A DNA stretch of 55,594 nucleotides, from NCBI GenBank assembly GCA_024704765.1, contig JAKMXF010000296.1, positions 73,025 to 128,618 of the forward strand, in the 5' to 3' direction. Position 1 is the first letter of the stretch. The number at the start of each line of letters is the position of its first letter. Shown piece after piece: positions 1-13,091 of the stretch. This stretch comes from Oopsacas minuta. Taxonomy: Eukaryota > Animalia > Porifera. Made by a program: the position numbers and the translations under genes. The notes beneath the pieces are model-generated. The model was given only the letters and a program-made list of their open reading frames with translations, was not told the origin of the DNA and made no database searches.

Positions 1-365
1 AAGTCTCTAATTATAAATACGTTATAGTTTGCAGTTCAATGAACGGTAGGTCATTTCAACAAGAAATGTGGTCTCATAAGTTTATAAAAATGTACATTAA
101 ATAGTGTTAATAATATCAAAACATAAAACATTCAATTTCTGAACCTATAACTCACAAATTGGTTTAATTAAAATCGATAAAAAAATCAAAATATTTTTGA
201 ATGTGACAATGACGTCATTACTTTCACACCCAAAGACTTAGAAAAAATCTAGTTACGTCAATCGATTCCTTGGATACGATTCCCCATATGTCAATAATAT
301 AGTTTCATACGTTATCTAGTACCCTAATACCTACTTCCAGGTTTTAGCCATTTCGTGCCACTGTG
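1..365. mobile_element. Terminus of a Transib-like element running off the window start
   Basis: CACTGTG at 359-365. Read inward it is CACAGTGGCACGAAATGGCTAAAACC, resembling the other CACAGTG ends in the window, with ATGACGTCAT at 209-218. The partner end is not in the window. Confidence 0.5.
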
Positions 366-2059
366 TAGGCCGTCCTCGTTTTCAAAGTGAGAGAGCTTCG
401 CTCAATTACTCAAAACAAAATTGAAACTCCTCTCAAATCAAAACAAAAATGAAAGTCAGGCTTATAGCTAATTTATTCGAAAAGATCCCGGTTAACAGAA
501 ATCCGAAGAAATTTGTTAGCAATTTTTTGATCTTTGACCTAAAACCCTAGTTAGGTACCCAAATTTGATGAATTAATTTCAAATTAAATCTATGAAAAAG
601 AAGTTAGCAGCTAATTCAAATTAACAGAAGGTATTCACTTCAATCGTTTATTTGGCCGACTTTCCGTATAGCTAGAGAAAAACACTTGTTATTATTCGAA
701 AGTATAGCGTTGGTGGATTACGAAAATGTCATCAGAATTGTAAATATGTGTGATGACTTAGCATTGAGGTTTTGAAAACTTTTCCATTCGTGTCAACTAT
801 AATGTGTTATTTGACCGACTTCTCATTATTATTTTGATACAAATTTTCTTCTACATTCTATTAAGGGCTGGTGGATTATGTGTTTAAAATTTCTTTTAAA
901 ATATTATTACTTATTGAAATATTTTATTTTGAAAATTCAACGAAGAAGTTAGACTAGGGTCACTTCAGTCGTTAATTTGACTCACTTATACTTATCAGCT
1001 TTAAACGAAATTTGTATCATTGGATAGAGGAGAGTTGAACGTTTTAAGAGATAAATTTTGCTTTTTTAAACATTTACTTTTAGTTACGTTTTTGGTGAAA
1101 TTTTTAGCGTCACGACTCCCTTAAATTTACCCACCTAAAAGTCAGAATTCATTTCTGAAATTAAATATGCATACTTTAGTGATATGGACGTATATGAAAA
1201 TTAAATTTCATTAAAAATTTTAGCAACTCGCGGAGCTAGATTAATTCAAATTTTCAGTCGGGAATGAGAGTGATAGGGGATGAATCATATTCTTCATAAA
1301 GTAGGGTCATTTCAAACTCATGTTTCTTACCCTAAATCCGACTGAATTTCAATTATTTTTATGCTAATCGATATAGTTGAGACATAGACGTTTATAATAA
1401 TAGCGATATTTTCGTGAAACACAACAAATTATCACTAGCAACGGCCTGCAAAATCGATAAATTCTCAGTTTTTTTGTATATTACGAATTCTAACTTTGAG
1501 ATCAATTCTTGTAGTTATTTCTCTTCAGAACACCTTCAAATTTATTGATACCTTCTTTCGTATCTAATACCCCAATTTCCTTAAATACAATGTGTCGATG
1601 GAACTGTTTTTTTATTTGGTGGTAAATATTTTGAAGGGTTTGTTATCATTTAAAATCATGATACTCATCAGGAACTAGGTAATTAATTAATTTAATTAAC
1701 CAAAGTTAATCATTCCGTAATTTTCTATGGTTAGTTAAATTACTCACATATTTTTAGAATTACCAAGAGATATAATGTTAATGGTTAGCTTCATGGTCTC
1801 AACTTTTCGTTCTTTCGAGGCTTTGATTCACAATACGTCTGTTAGGGCTAAAATTTCTAACTCTATTTGGGGATCGATTTTCCAAAGGTCTATTCTTGTA
1901 GTAAACCCACAAGTGACACAAACTGTATTTAAAGTAGAACAACAACCCTTGTAATATACAATCTATTCTCAGAGGTGTTTTCTCTAGAAAATCCTCTTTG
2001 GAATGTACATCAAACCCCCTTGATTCAGGGGAACGGTTATAAGTGAGTTTTAGCATTAC

Positions 2060-2545
2060 TATTGCTAATAACTTCTAGTATTATTACAGATGTGAGTAAG
2101 ACTCTAACTGAGTGTTCAGTATCAGTTTCATCATTTGGTAATCTAGATGTATTTACACTTGAATTCGAGTTACGAGACGATATGTTTCTTATTGTATTGG
2201 AATCATCTGCCTCTGATTTAACCGTGTATAATTATCACTTTGAAGGACGATTTCATTAATTGTATTGATAAAGAAATTCTGAAGAAATACTTTTTATTTC
2301 TTCAATACATCTGAAACTCTGTTGTGGGTAGATGCCGCAAAGTTCTATGGGTTGTCTAATGCTAGAAATATATCTGAATCTTTGCAACTCACTGGTGCTT
2401 GTTGTGTTGATTAGTGTTTTCATTTCATTAATGTCATCACAGGTGCTTGTAGCAATTGTTCTTTTGAGTGTAGTCCACGCTGTTAGTTTTGTAGTTAGTT
2501 GTGACAAAACCTGGTCATTGGTTAGTTTATCATCTGTTTGGTAAT
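2060..2545 (-). pseudogene. Decayed coding-like segment, paralogous to 53575-54060; product unknown
   Basis: Minus-strand translation ...SEADDSNTIRNISSRNSNSSVNTSRLPNDETDTEH aligns by eye with ...SETEDAHTIRSMSSRKFNSGSSKSRLPNEETESEH at 53575-53775. DNA similarity extends upstream. Stops and frameshifts are present. Confidence 0.35.
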
Positions 2546-2774
2546 AAATATGTCTGTTTAGGTGGAGATATTTTGACCTTTTTCATTAGTCGGGTATCGG
2601 AACAATGAAAGGAACTCGATACTAATCGTATTATCAGCTTACAATATGATTATTCTGGATACCTTGTTCGTATTTAATAGTTAGTTGAGGAACCAATTCC
2701 CCTTCCCCAGGAAACTAAGTTTAATGTAGAAAGTGAATAAGTTGTGAGTACATTGTTAGAGGTCAGCTCTGGAG

Positions 2775-3291
2775 CATGCTTGTCAAAAGGTCCTACATAG
2801 TCAGATCAGGTCAGGTCAGGTCAAGTCAAGTCAGGCCTCGAGATTAATCAGGTTATTTCCGGTCAATATCAGGTCAATTTCAGGTCAATATCAAGTCATT
2901 TAACAATCAATTGACCGCAATTAATCAACTAAGGAAAGGGGAAAACTAACACTAAGGGAAGGATGGACATACTCCCAGTTTTACCTCAGTATTTATTTGA
3001 CGAGAGCCTATTACATTCAAGATATATCATACTCGAAACAAATTGACCGTATTATGGAATTAATTCTATTCAATTTACGAGTTAATTAAGTGGAGGGATT
3101 AGCAAGGTAAGATTATCAAAGAAGAATGAATATACCTTAAATTCCCTGAAGCCTGAAAATGAACTGAATATACTCTGAAAGACCTGCAAATGACATGAAG
3201 TGACCTGATTCAGTTCAGGTCAGGTCGGGTCAGTTCAAGTCGCTCAATAATTTTGTCTGGTCAGATCATGACCTGACCTTTTAACAACCTG
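2775..3291. mobile_element. hAT-type non-autonomous element (MITE)
   Basis: Imperfect TIRs CATGCTTGTCAAAAGGTC / CAGGTTGTTAAAAGGTC, 8-bp flanks CTCTGGAG / CTTTGGAG (7/8), and subterminal pentamer arrays (CAGGT/CAAGT) at both ends. Confidence 0.72.
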
Positions 3292-3429
3292 CTTTGGAGT
3301 GGACTTTGAGAATGAAAGTTGTGAATCTGGAGAAATTATCTTGAAATCACAGAATGGAATAGTTTGTGCATTACTGATTCGAACCATAGAATGTTATTAG
3401 TCAGTAATTGAACGAATGAATTACTTCTA

Positions 3430-5100
3430 AGTTTCATGATTTAGACAATATGTGTGTTTTGAAGTTGGACTATTATCGGTGGAAAAAGTATGATCGCTAA
3501 AGATAAACAGTCCTTTCTTTCGAGCTAGAGCAGTGTACCAGTGCAAAATTGCAAAATGAGATTTTATCAATTCGAAAAGAGGAAATAGTAATGATATGAG
3601 GGGCGAGACTTGAACCTTGAGGGACCCCGAGGGAGAGTTTGAACCTGTGTTTTGCCAGATAGGTAGTACTGAATCCAAGAAACGGATGAGTCACTTATAC
3701 CTAAGTCCCTGCGTAGATGGTTGATGAAGATTTTATGATCGATGCTGTCGAACGCTGACCTAGATTAAGAAGAATGAGAATCTTTGCTTGTTCATATTTT
3801 AGCTTCAGCAATGTGTTGCCTTTACTGTGGCGTTAGCGGTAGACATATTGTGGTGTAGGGAAGAGGTAGTGTTGTTTAAGTGGGATGATTTGTGTTACTA
3901 CAGCTTTTTCGGCGACTATAGAAAGAAATCTCAGGTTACAAAGAGGACGATAGTCCGAGTGAACAGGCTCTGTATTTAGGCTTTATTTTTCGGAACGATG
4001 ACGGCTTGTTTCCATTACAGGGTGATGTGACCATATATATGTGATGTGCCGACGATATGCTTTAAGATCTAAGCAAGCAGATGGATTGATTATTTGAGAT
4101 GTTGGGATAAATCTAGATCACAGGTCTTAATCGGGGTTGAACCTATGAGATTTAATTGATTCTGAGAATTCAGTCGAATCAGAATGATGAGGTAGAGGGG
4201 TCTGATATTTCATTTTGAGAACGGTCTAAGCTTGACTGTAGAGTTGAGCTGATCATTACTTTGCTGACTTAGTAAAATTGACATCGCAACCCTGTTCATC
4301 AATGACGTAGTTGAATTTGAATCTTTCTGAATAACTTCGGGTGTTTTGGCTTAGAGGTGCGACGCCACTCGCTCTGTGCCTACTGGCCTGGATGGCTCAT
4401 TTGATAGTATTGTTCATCCAGAGACACGACGGATCTCCATTTGGCAGTGGCATGATGGCTATACATATTGTGCAGGATGGTGTTGTTGTTGTTGTTAAGA
4501 AGGTCTTCGTGGTTTTGAGGAGGATTCAAGCAAAGGTCAGAGATGCAAGATCATCGAAGAGATGAAGGTAGATTATTGGGGGACGATGAGTGACCACATG
4601 TTTAGTGGTTTTAAGAGCGCTAGTTTGCAAAAGATGGAGAAATGTTCTGAGAAAGATTGTCTGCGAAAGGATTCGTTACGATGATGTAATCAGAACATCA
4701 AGTGATGATGATGTAGAGTTTGTGGCCTTTACATGGATTGTTCTCTTTATATGCAAGGTAAGAGAGAAAGATTGCAAAGGCCATAGAAGGCCAAGAACTC
4801 AGATTAACATCTGTATAAATGTTGAAGTCTGATGTAATAATCAATGGCTTATGATCTTGTGAAGAGTGTAGTATTCTTCCATGAGTTTCGACATGGGGAC
4901 TTGAGTATGATGGTTGACTGAGGGAGGAATGGGCTTTGTCCTAAAGAATTCGAGGATTGGAAGTGAAGTTCCACCTCCAGCCAGGTGCATTCAAGCTTTC
5001 ATCAGCATCTCGTAGTGTTAATCATGTCTCCAAAAATTGGATTGTCTGTTTTCATGGTAGAAACCTGAAATTTGAAAAGTTGATCCTTGATTGCATTCTT
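3430..5100 (-). mobile_element. Decayed non-LTR retrotransposon ORF2 (APE endonuclease + reverse transcriptase; CR1/L2/Jockey-like)
   Basis: Minus-strand motifs appear in the correct order: FLET*L (ETWL, ~5025), IITSDFNI (~4825), LDVLIT (~4690), RP..NLRFLSIVAEKAV (~3920), SAFDSIDH (~3745), GVPQGSSLAP (~3620). Many stops and frameshifts. Confidence 0.82.
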
Positions 5101-5738
5101 ACAATCTAGTTCCGCTGTTAATCAGTATTCAGCAGCGAGGCGGTTTTTACTAGGAACCACTCAACCATCCCTTATGTGAGGATTTTTCATCTGCTCTGAA
5201 GCAAGAAATATTCTTGATCTGAAAAGTAGTTAGATTGATTAAGAATTTTGAAGTGAAATCCGCCTTTGTCCGATTATTCCCTAAACCCCTTTATTGGGAT
5301 TTTTTCGTAAATTTCCCCAAAATATTATTTTCATTGCGTTAGAATTTATTTGATTTTATTGTTGATATTTTCACCGAAAGTTGGTGTAATTGATGGAATT
5401 GATTTCTAAAAAGTGGAAAAATACCAGCATTTCTCCCGTATTCCCCCCACTTTTTTACATTCGAATCCTCATTTATTTAATATTTATTTAATTCATCATT
5501 TTTTTCTCACTTTTATAGGGTTTTAGTTCATACTTCCAAAAATGTTATTAATTTCTATTAGTGAATCTCATTTTGGGTGAATTTGGAATTGATATTTATT
5601 GGATTTTTATCAAACCATGTTTTTACATAAATTCGAATTACGTAGGTGCAATTTATTTTTCTCTTTTGGATTCAATTCTTAATCAAACTGAGATGGCGAA
5701 GCTCTCTCAAAATAAAAGGACTCCCAGGCCTTGAAACC

Positions 5739-5757
5739 ATGGCAACGCTCGACAAAC
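5739..5757 (+). CDS. Candidate first coding exon of the coiled-coil host gene (MATLDK)
   Basis: ACCATGG start context at 5739 and a phase-1 donor AAC|GTAAAT that joins in frame to the acceptor at 6201. Confidence 0.4.
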
Positions 5758-5819
5758 GTAAATGGAACTAAAGGACGCCATTATGACTCAGCAATGTACA
5801 AATTACTTCTATTAGAGTA

Positions 5820-6066
5820 CACTGCCTGGCCAAAAGTATTGGGACACTGTTTACAACTTGTGCACAAGTGGCATTAGATGAGAATATGTTGAAAGATTCT
5901 ATGGATATTCCAAAAAGTAGAACAATAGCTTGTTATCATTCGTTTTACGATATATTTATGTTCAACATTTTTTGTAATCATCTTTAGCTTATACAACTAT
6001 GGTAGAATACCCTTTGTTTCAGGTATTAATTGTGGCAGGGTGTTCCAAACTTTTGGCCAGGCAGTG
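5820..6066. mobile_element. Tc1/mariner-type MITE
   Basis: TIRs CACTGCCTGGCCAAAAGT.TTGG.ACAC at both ends, TA on both flanks, no ORF. Confidence 0.85.
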
Positions 6067-6200
6067 TATAGTGTGGTTTATTTTTGTTTCAATTCTAGTT
6101 CATAGTTCGAATTATTTAAGTTGATGCTAAACCACGTTTTAATTATTAGTTTGTCCTTGAACTAGCCTTATTCATCTTATGATTGTATTTTCTTTTATAG

Positions 6201-6584
6201 GAATTACTAATTTCCCACAATTATCTGGATATCGAGAAGATTTTATAGATTTGGAGAAAGAATTAGTTCAAAATAGAAGGGCTCTAACAGAGTCTGATGA
6301 AACGATTTCTCATTTGACTGACCTAAACAAAGAATTACAACGAAGGCTGAATAAATTTGACAAGAGATCATCGGGTACTAAAGAGAAAATTGATGAGCTT
6401 TTCTTTCAGTTCAACCAGAAAGTAGATACATTAGACAAATTGACCATTGAATATAATAATGTCCTAGAGCAAAACAACCAGCAAGAACTTAAATGCAAAG
6501 ATTTTCAATGTTATATTGCGAAATTGGAGAACGAAGTTAGTGCTCTCGATTCTAAATATGTTACTCTAACCCATACTAATATTG
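6201..6584 (+). CDS. Internal exon of coiled-coil host gene
   Basis: Acceptor TTTTCTTTTATAG|, donor G|GTTAGT, and an open frame with heptad-like LEKELVQNRRALTESDETISHLTDLNKELQRRL. Phase 1 at both ends. Confidence 0.7.
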
Positions 6585-6705
6585 GTTAGTTAATTGTTCT
6601 TATTTTTAATCAACAATTTGAATTCTGAATATGAAAAGACAACCGTTGTTACAATAATGCTAAGTAAATTATTTTTATTGGAAATTTCTTTGAAGCATGA
6701 TGTCG

Positions 6706-7076
6706 TATAGTCGGGGGGCAGATTCCCCGAAAATGGTGGTTTTGCTCAATCCAAACTATAAGGTTGAAACTTGATTTTTATAGACCAGGCTATATTGTAA
6801 GCATACTTTCAGAATGTCCAGCCATCCCAATTTTGCTTCAAATTCCGAATCCCGATGCAACTACGGTCGGGATAGAAAATCAATTTTTACTGTGCCGATC
6901 CGACTATATCTATAGTATAGTGGCTCAGACCAGTGGTACTCTAACTGTGGTCCGCAATGGGGTAGCCAGAGCTTTTGTGATGCACGGGCCTGCATCCATG
7001 GCCCAAGATCTAAGGGATCTAAGTGTTTGTTGGGCTAAAGTTTTGAGAGAAATGAATACTCTATGGGCCGACTATA
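6706..7076. mobile_element. Two adjacent small MITE-like elements with TATAGT(C)GG termini
   Basis: TATAGTCGG 6706 / CCGACTATA 6908, and TATAGTGGCTCAGA 6916 / TCTATGGGCCGACTATA 7076. Confidence 0.4.
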
Positions 7077-10000
7077 CTATAGCATAGTGCCCAGTTCTGA
7101 AATGAGCGGTTCTGTTGTTTTTGTATGTGTTTTATGTGTACACTCCCCTGGCCACACCATTTGCATTTCAGAGCTCAAAGTTATACTCAAAATTACAGAT
7201 AATCTACTGACTGTAGATTTAAGTTAAAAATTTCCTACGGCACATTACGACACAATTATCACACTTTTGACCATTTATGCCACCAGCAAAATTTATCCGT
7301 AATTTCTTGAACAAAACATTCTTAAGAATCACAAAAGAATTTTTCAGATAAAAGCTCTTGAAATCATTCTTTTTTTCCCACAAATTAAAGAAAAAGACGC
7401 CACGGTAATAATTCTATTGTTCTTGGATGTTAAATATTTATTAATTAACAATTGGTTCTTCTAGTGCTGTATATATGGATTCATTGAATATCTAAGTTTA
7501 ACATTAGCTCCAATTTTTATAATTTTTATTAATACAATAAATTTCAAATTAACAATGGATGATTTTAAAGATATGTATTTACCCGATTATATTACCTTTG
7601 AATAATCGTAGAAGAATGTTATAAACAGCAAAAGTGGGTATTTCAATTCACTGATTCCGATTTTCACGCTCTTGAATTGTACCGATCATATCTCCTCCAG
7701 TATTCCCGCCTATTAATAATATTTACTCAACCGATTATTACTGTAAACACAAATTCAACTTTATTTGACCTGGATCATCATATTTAATTGTAAATATATT
7801 GATTGATGGATTATAAATCCGAGCGGAGCGAGAAAACAATTTAAATTTCAAGCTGTACTGACAGCTTAGTCTATTAATTTAATTTGTTTAAAAAGTGGCA
7901 CTTTTAATTGGCATTTACATAAACAATAGTTAAGATGAGCATCATAATGTACTTTTCATATGTAGTAAATCTACACTGTATATTTCAAAAATGTGATTAC
8001 ATTTCCCTAGCATATATGAGAATATAGCTATGACTTAATCGCAGGTACTTGTTTGTATTTCTTATCTATTGGTCAAAAAATGGCATAATATTTCAGCTTA
8101 AACCCGATAAGATCTATTAATTGATTAAACTTACAAAGTATGTTGTAGTAAGAATCCATTTTAAATTCAGTGCACTCCATGCTATCGTCAGATAGGAAAT
8201 TTTCCAAAATATGTTTCATCCTTATCGAGAAATTCCTTTCATAAAATGTAAAGAAATATATCTGTCCGCCTCCGCTGAGTATTGAAAATATTATGAGAGT
8301 ACGTCTTGTTTAAATTGTTTAAATTCTAATTCCTTTGGTAATAAATACTATCATCATTATTTCCTACTAAATTGAGAATGGAGAATCAGAAATCATTTTG
8401 ATTCGTTTTTTAAATATTGCCTAATACGCCATATTGGCAGACTGTGTGTTTGTTCTACACATACATATTGAACCAGATAAAAATTTAGCTAATCGAACAA
8501 TTACGAAGTATCATGAAAAATTAAATTCTGAATTCAGATTTAAATTCTACTAAGTGGGTCACTTTTCAATTATGCCATTTATTCCACCAGTGCCATAGGT
8601 GGCAGGGAAATATACACCATTTAAAGGATACAATATTTGTTTGTCCAAGCAGAATATTATATTAGACTAAAATACTATTTTATGATATTATTGTACGGCC
8701 ATACACCAGTGTGCACATGTGTGAACTAATAGGATAGTGTACAGGGCTATACAGTATTAAGTGGTGTAGACACATGGCCGCGTCCGTAGGGTAGGAGGAA
8801 GTCTGGTTGGTCAGGTTTCAACTGGATCAATATTTATCTCCTTTGTACTCCCCATGCACGTATGCACCATTGTAGGTCTAATTAATCCATTTGTATCTCC
8901 GAACTGATAAGTATGTAAGCACTGATCACATTAATATGTTAGATTATATGTATCGGATACGCTTTTCATAAGGAACAGAAAATAATGGACCATTTGTGTA
9001 TGAAAACGGGGAAATTTGATAATGTATACAAAATTTTATTGCAATCTCTACTTCTATTGATGATCAATTCTTAATAATTTGTAGAGCTTCCTGACAAAAA
9101 TTACTTAATAGCCTAATACAATTCATCACTGCACTCACCACAGTGCACCTGCACACCACCATAAAAATACCTTGCTACGCCACTGTGTGTATGCGATGTC
9201 GGCTATTTACTACAAATTGGTTATCCTGATTTAAGATAACTTTCACGATTATCGAGTTGTACTTGAATATTCATAAATATATGTCATTCATATCTCCTAT
9301 AACTCAGGAATGAACCAAATTTGCATACCAGCTTTTATATTTTTTACTTAAGTAGTATCTAGACTGTAAGCATTGGATTTTATACCACACCCCTTTGGAC
9401 AGGCAAAATTGTCGTTATACCCAATTTACCTCTAAATCCGATGTAGTTTCATATACTGTTGCGGATTTCTGGACAAACAATGGTCGTTATATATGATTTG
9501 TCTTGTTGTTCAATACAATGTTTTCTGTAGATCTTTTTGTATCCACTTGTAATTGAAAGATGCAACATTTAACGTTCTACAATGCATCAACAAATAACAT
9601 ATTTTACCAGATTAATGTATATGGACAAATATTTTGACACATTCCTAAAATATCTTTCCATATAGAGTGTAATAATTTGTTGTTCTAAATATTTTTAATA
9701 CATATATTAGGGAAAAAATGAGCCTATTCAGAGTATGTACATCACAGTGGAATTAGGAGGTGGACTTTATATTGTATTGATATTTAGTTTAGTCTCATCA
9801 AGAATTCATTGTGGGGACTGAGGCTGAAGCCTCATTAGCCTCAATGATAATTCGCCACCTCATCTGATCCCTAAGCTCTTTTGAGAGTACTGAAGGTTAA
9901 GTGGTTTATGAATTCGTTTTCTGGCTGCTTAACAAGTATTAACTCCAATTGTTTACTTGGGTTTAGTCACAGGGTTCTTAGAATGAGTGTAAAATTATGG

Positions 10001-11039
10001 CGCATTAATTTTGCTTATTCCTAACTACTTGCTTTAAATTTTCATCTAACAGAATGCCATTTACTCGTCTTAGGAATATCTTGTCAATAGACTAAAATGT
10101 TGGCTAGTTGCAAACCGTAAATTTTAGGCTCTCTTCGCTTGCGACTCCCCCTCTGTATCATGTTATATTCCCTTAATCTCATCGATATACATTATGTTAT
10201 TTTATGGACTGAAGTTGCGTGAGATGTAACGCTTTGTATGTACACTCATTATGAGTATGACAAAAGTTTATGAAATGTTTGTTTAAGTTGAAACCAAACC
10301 TATGTAATATATTTGATTAACACATTGTGCAAATGGATACAACGTATTCATATACACAACGAAGCAATGAACATACATTATCAATGGAAAACATTCCAGA
10401 AAATCATTACGCGTATTACTCAGTTTAGTAAATCCAGATTCGAAGTGAACTGACATTAGAGAGGCAACTTCGTTCAGTGGATTTGGCCCTTGACCGACTG
10501 GAAAGCTTACAGCTCCCAAAACACACAGTTGGAAATTCCTGGACGGTTGACACTGTAGGCTACCTAATTCTGCTGTAAGTGCCCCCAACCTTTGAAAAAT
10601 ATTTCAGAAGATTCGCCTATGGTCTAAAATGAATTCTTAATACACTTTATTATATAGATTTCATCAATTATTAGAGACATTGCCGTCGGAAGTGGGGCGA
10701 CTGAGCGGCCTTATCCGCCCCACTTTTGTATGAAATAATAGTATTAGTTCTATGGGCCTGGAGTCAGCTTAGCCGCCCCACTTTATATTACTAAGGTCTA
10801 ACATGGGCCGTCCCAAATTCAATGTTGCTTCTTACGGCTCTGAATAGTTCTGATGTACATTTAGCAACAAATATATTTCTAATTGTAGCCTTCTCTTAGA
10901 GGTAGAAGAATCAAATAAAATAAGATCAAACCAAAACATTCAAACTCTTAAGCAATCATCAAATCCAAGTCAAATATTTTTAAATTCCATCATATCCAGG
11001 GCCGCCGCCATCGTGGATGTCCGCACACCCACTAGTACG

Positions 11040-12077
11040 AATTAATTTAGCATTATGTTCCTACCACTCTAGCAGAGCTAGCTCTACCAGCAGTCTACCA
11101 GCAGACAGCCAAGGGAGAACAGTTCTTACTCTACGACTCTGGTGCAGGCGATGTACACAGATTCCTCATCTTCGGGACACAACACAACCTCAGAATGCTA
11201 CGGCGAAGCAAGATCTGGCTAGCTGATGGCAGCCTCAAGACGGCACATCCCCTCTTCGCCCAGGTGTATGTGGTGCATGGACTCCATGGAGGAGATGATC
11301 CTATGAAGACGGGTCATCTGTTACCGAGCCTGTTCGTGCTACTGCCCAACAAGACGGAGGTTGCCTACCTGAAGATGTGGGAACAGATCCCCCTACTGTG
11401 TCCACTTGCCCAGCCTCAACAGATGCTCCTGGACTTTGAGAAGGGGGTGATTACCAGCTTTGAGCATGTCTGGCCTAACACAGTAGTGAAGTGCTGCTTC
11501 TTCCACCTCACACAGAATATCTGGCGACATGTGCAGTCTGCCTACACACATGACGAAGAGTTGGCTATGCGCATCCGGAGGATACCAGCCCTTGCTTTTG
11601 CCCGACCAGCAGGCGTACCCGATCTGTTTGATCAAGTGGCAATGGACCTCCCACTACGCCTGAGATAGGCGAACTAGTCGACTACTTTGAGAGGACGTAT
11701 ATCGGCCGCACACTTGCCACCGGATACCATGTAGCGGCGACGTACCCTATTCACCTGTGGAACAATCACATCGGCACGCCCTTAGGACTCCCCCGTATAA
11801 CCAACGCCGTAGAGGATGGCACCGCAGCTTCAATGCCACTGTCGGCTGCCATCACCCTACCATATGGAAGTTCATCCTCTCCCTCAAGCGTGAGCAGGGC
11901 CTAGTGGAGGTGCGGCATACTAACTACCTCGTTGGCAAGCCACCAACCAAGCGGAGGCGGTCCCAACAGAGTGAGGAAGCGTTGAAGATTCTAGTTCGTG
12001 AATATTATTCTCCAGGTCGTTCTAAAATGGAGTTCTTGCAGGGTGTAGCACATCATTTCAGTCTGGGAGCGGATTAA
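11040..12077 (+). mobile_element. Mutator-like (MULE) transposase fragment, 5'-truncated and frameshifted
   Basis: GEQFLLYDSG..RFLIFGTQHNL, WLADGSLK (first D), LLDFE (second D), CCFFHLTQNIWR (CxxH-type), DYFERTYIG, NAVEGWH-like (E, frameshifted), HPTIWKFILSLKREQ. Markedly GC-rich. Confidence 0.9.
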
Positions 12078-12198
12078 CATGTTAATCTAAAGGATTATCT
12101 CTAATCAATGTATCTGAGCCAACTTCACACTCGTTTTAATTTGGGGCGTACAGAGATTACAATAGGTGGTAGGGCCAACTTTAATTGACTATATCATA

Positions 12199-12696
12199 CT
12201 GTAGAACCTCCCGAACTGGGGTTTAGAAAGGGGTGTTTTTGAAAACCACAGCTCAATGTACCTCTTAAAGTGGTGTATTTGTCAGGAGGGGATTTGGGGT
12301 GAACTGGAGGCAATATTAGATGAGTTTGTATACAAAATTCAGATTGAAATTCCCAAAAGTGGATTGCCTGAGGGGGAGTAATTGGAAAATACACAGCCAA
12401 ATGAACTTTCCGAAGTAAGTTAATCGTCAGAATTGATTTGGGGTGCATGGCACTCAATTTTGACTGAATGAGTAAACTAAAATTAAATCATGAACAATTT
12501 CACCTAATTATGATTATCCCATACTGTAAGATGGTCATGACTTCACCTTTCTCTTACATTAACTCGGAGAAAACTCATTTGATTATCGATAAAAGTTTTA
12601 AAATATCAGAGTCAGAATTTTGTATTTCACAAAGTGGGGTGATTAGTCTAGCTAGTGTTTCGCGAACATCCCACGTCGCTTCGGGAGGTTCTACTA
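12199..12696. mobile_element. pogo/Tc1-type non-autonomous element
   Basis: 17-bp TIRs CTGTAGAACCTCCCGAA / TAGTAGAACCTCCCGAA, TA on both flanks. Confidence 0.6.
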
Positions 12697-12957
12697 TAGT
12701 AGTCTGTGACAATACTTAAAGATTATCTACAGGCTAGAGAGATGTGGCAATGTGGTAGGGCCAAGGCAGAGCCAGAATAATCGGAGGTGGGGGCATGGCC
12801 CGCCTTTAGTACGCCCCTGGTTGTAAGCCGCCGTTCAAACGATAATTTACGTAAGATTCCTTAAATGTTGACCGTTTTATAATAAAAAATAATGGGGCTG
12901 TCATACCCGCATACCACCCTTGGTCTCCTTGTAACGTTTGAACTACCCCCTACACAG

Positions 12958-13091
12958 CAGGGTGGCGCCAGGAAATCCCCGACAAGGGGGCTTAGGCCCC
13001 CAATGGGGGTCTATAAATCAGAATACTACACTGTTTACTAGATAGCGTTCCCCAACGGGGGGGGCTGTAGCCCCCCCTAGCGCCACCCCTG
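12958..13091. mobile_element. hAT-type MITE inserted in the Transib left terminus
   Basis: TIRs CAGGGTGGCGC / GCGCCACCCCTG and a perfect 8-bp TSD CTACACAG (12950-12957, 13092-13099). Confidence 0.9.

Noticed and set aside
2800-3260. Short repeat arrays (CAGGT pentamers; also ATGGGTCA at 38690-38765 and GCGGAT at 54895-54955) as possible CRISPR or satellite
   Set aside because: No constant repeat with unique spacers. All lie just inside hAT TIRs and are ordinary subterminal binding-site arrays.
4341-4832. Plus-strand ORFs 4341-4565 and 4590-4832
   Set aside because: Antisense shadows of the minus-strand LINE endonuclease region.
6764-7087. 107-aa ORF with moderate GC
   Set aside because: Starts at a non-ATG codon, crosses the junction of two MITE-like elements and has no recognisable motif.
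9139-9187. Inverted heptamers CACAGTG...CACTGTG 49 bp apart (mini-Transib?)
   Set aside because: No TSD (CTCAC vs TGTAT). The right motif is better explained as a hAT-MITE end (GCTACGCCACTG).
10438-10574. Exon-like segment IRSELTLERQLRSVDLALDRLESL ending at a strong GTAAGT donor
   Set aside because: Its usable phases (0 in, 2 out) do not fit the phase-1 junctions of the neighbouring exons. It would need further exons that I could not find.
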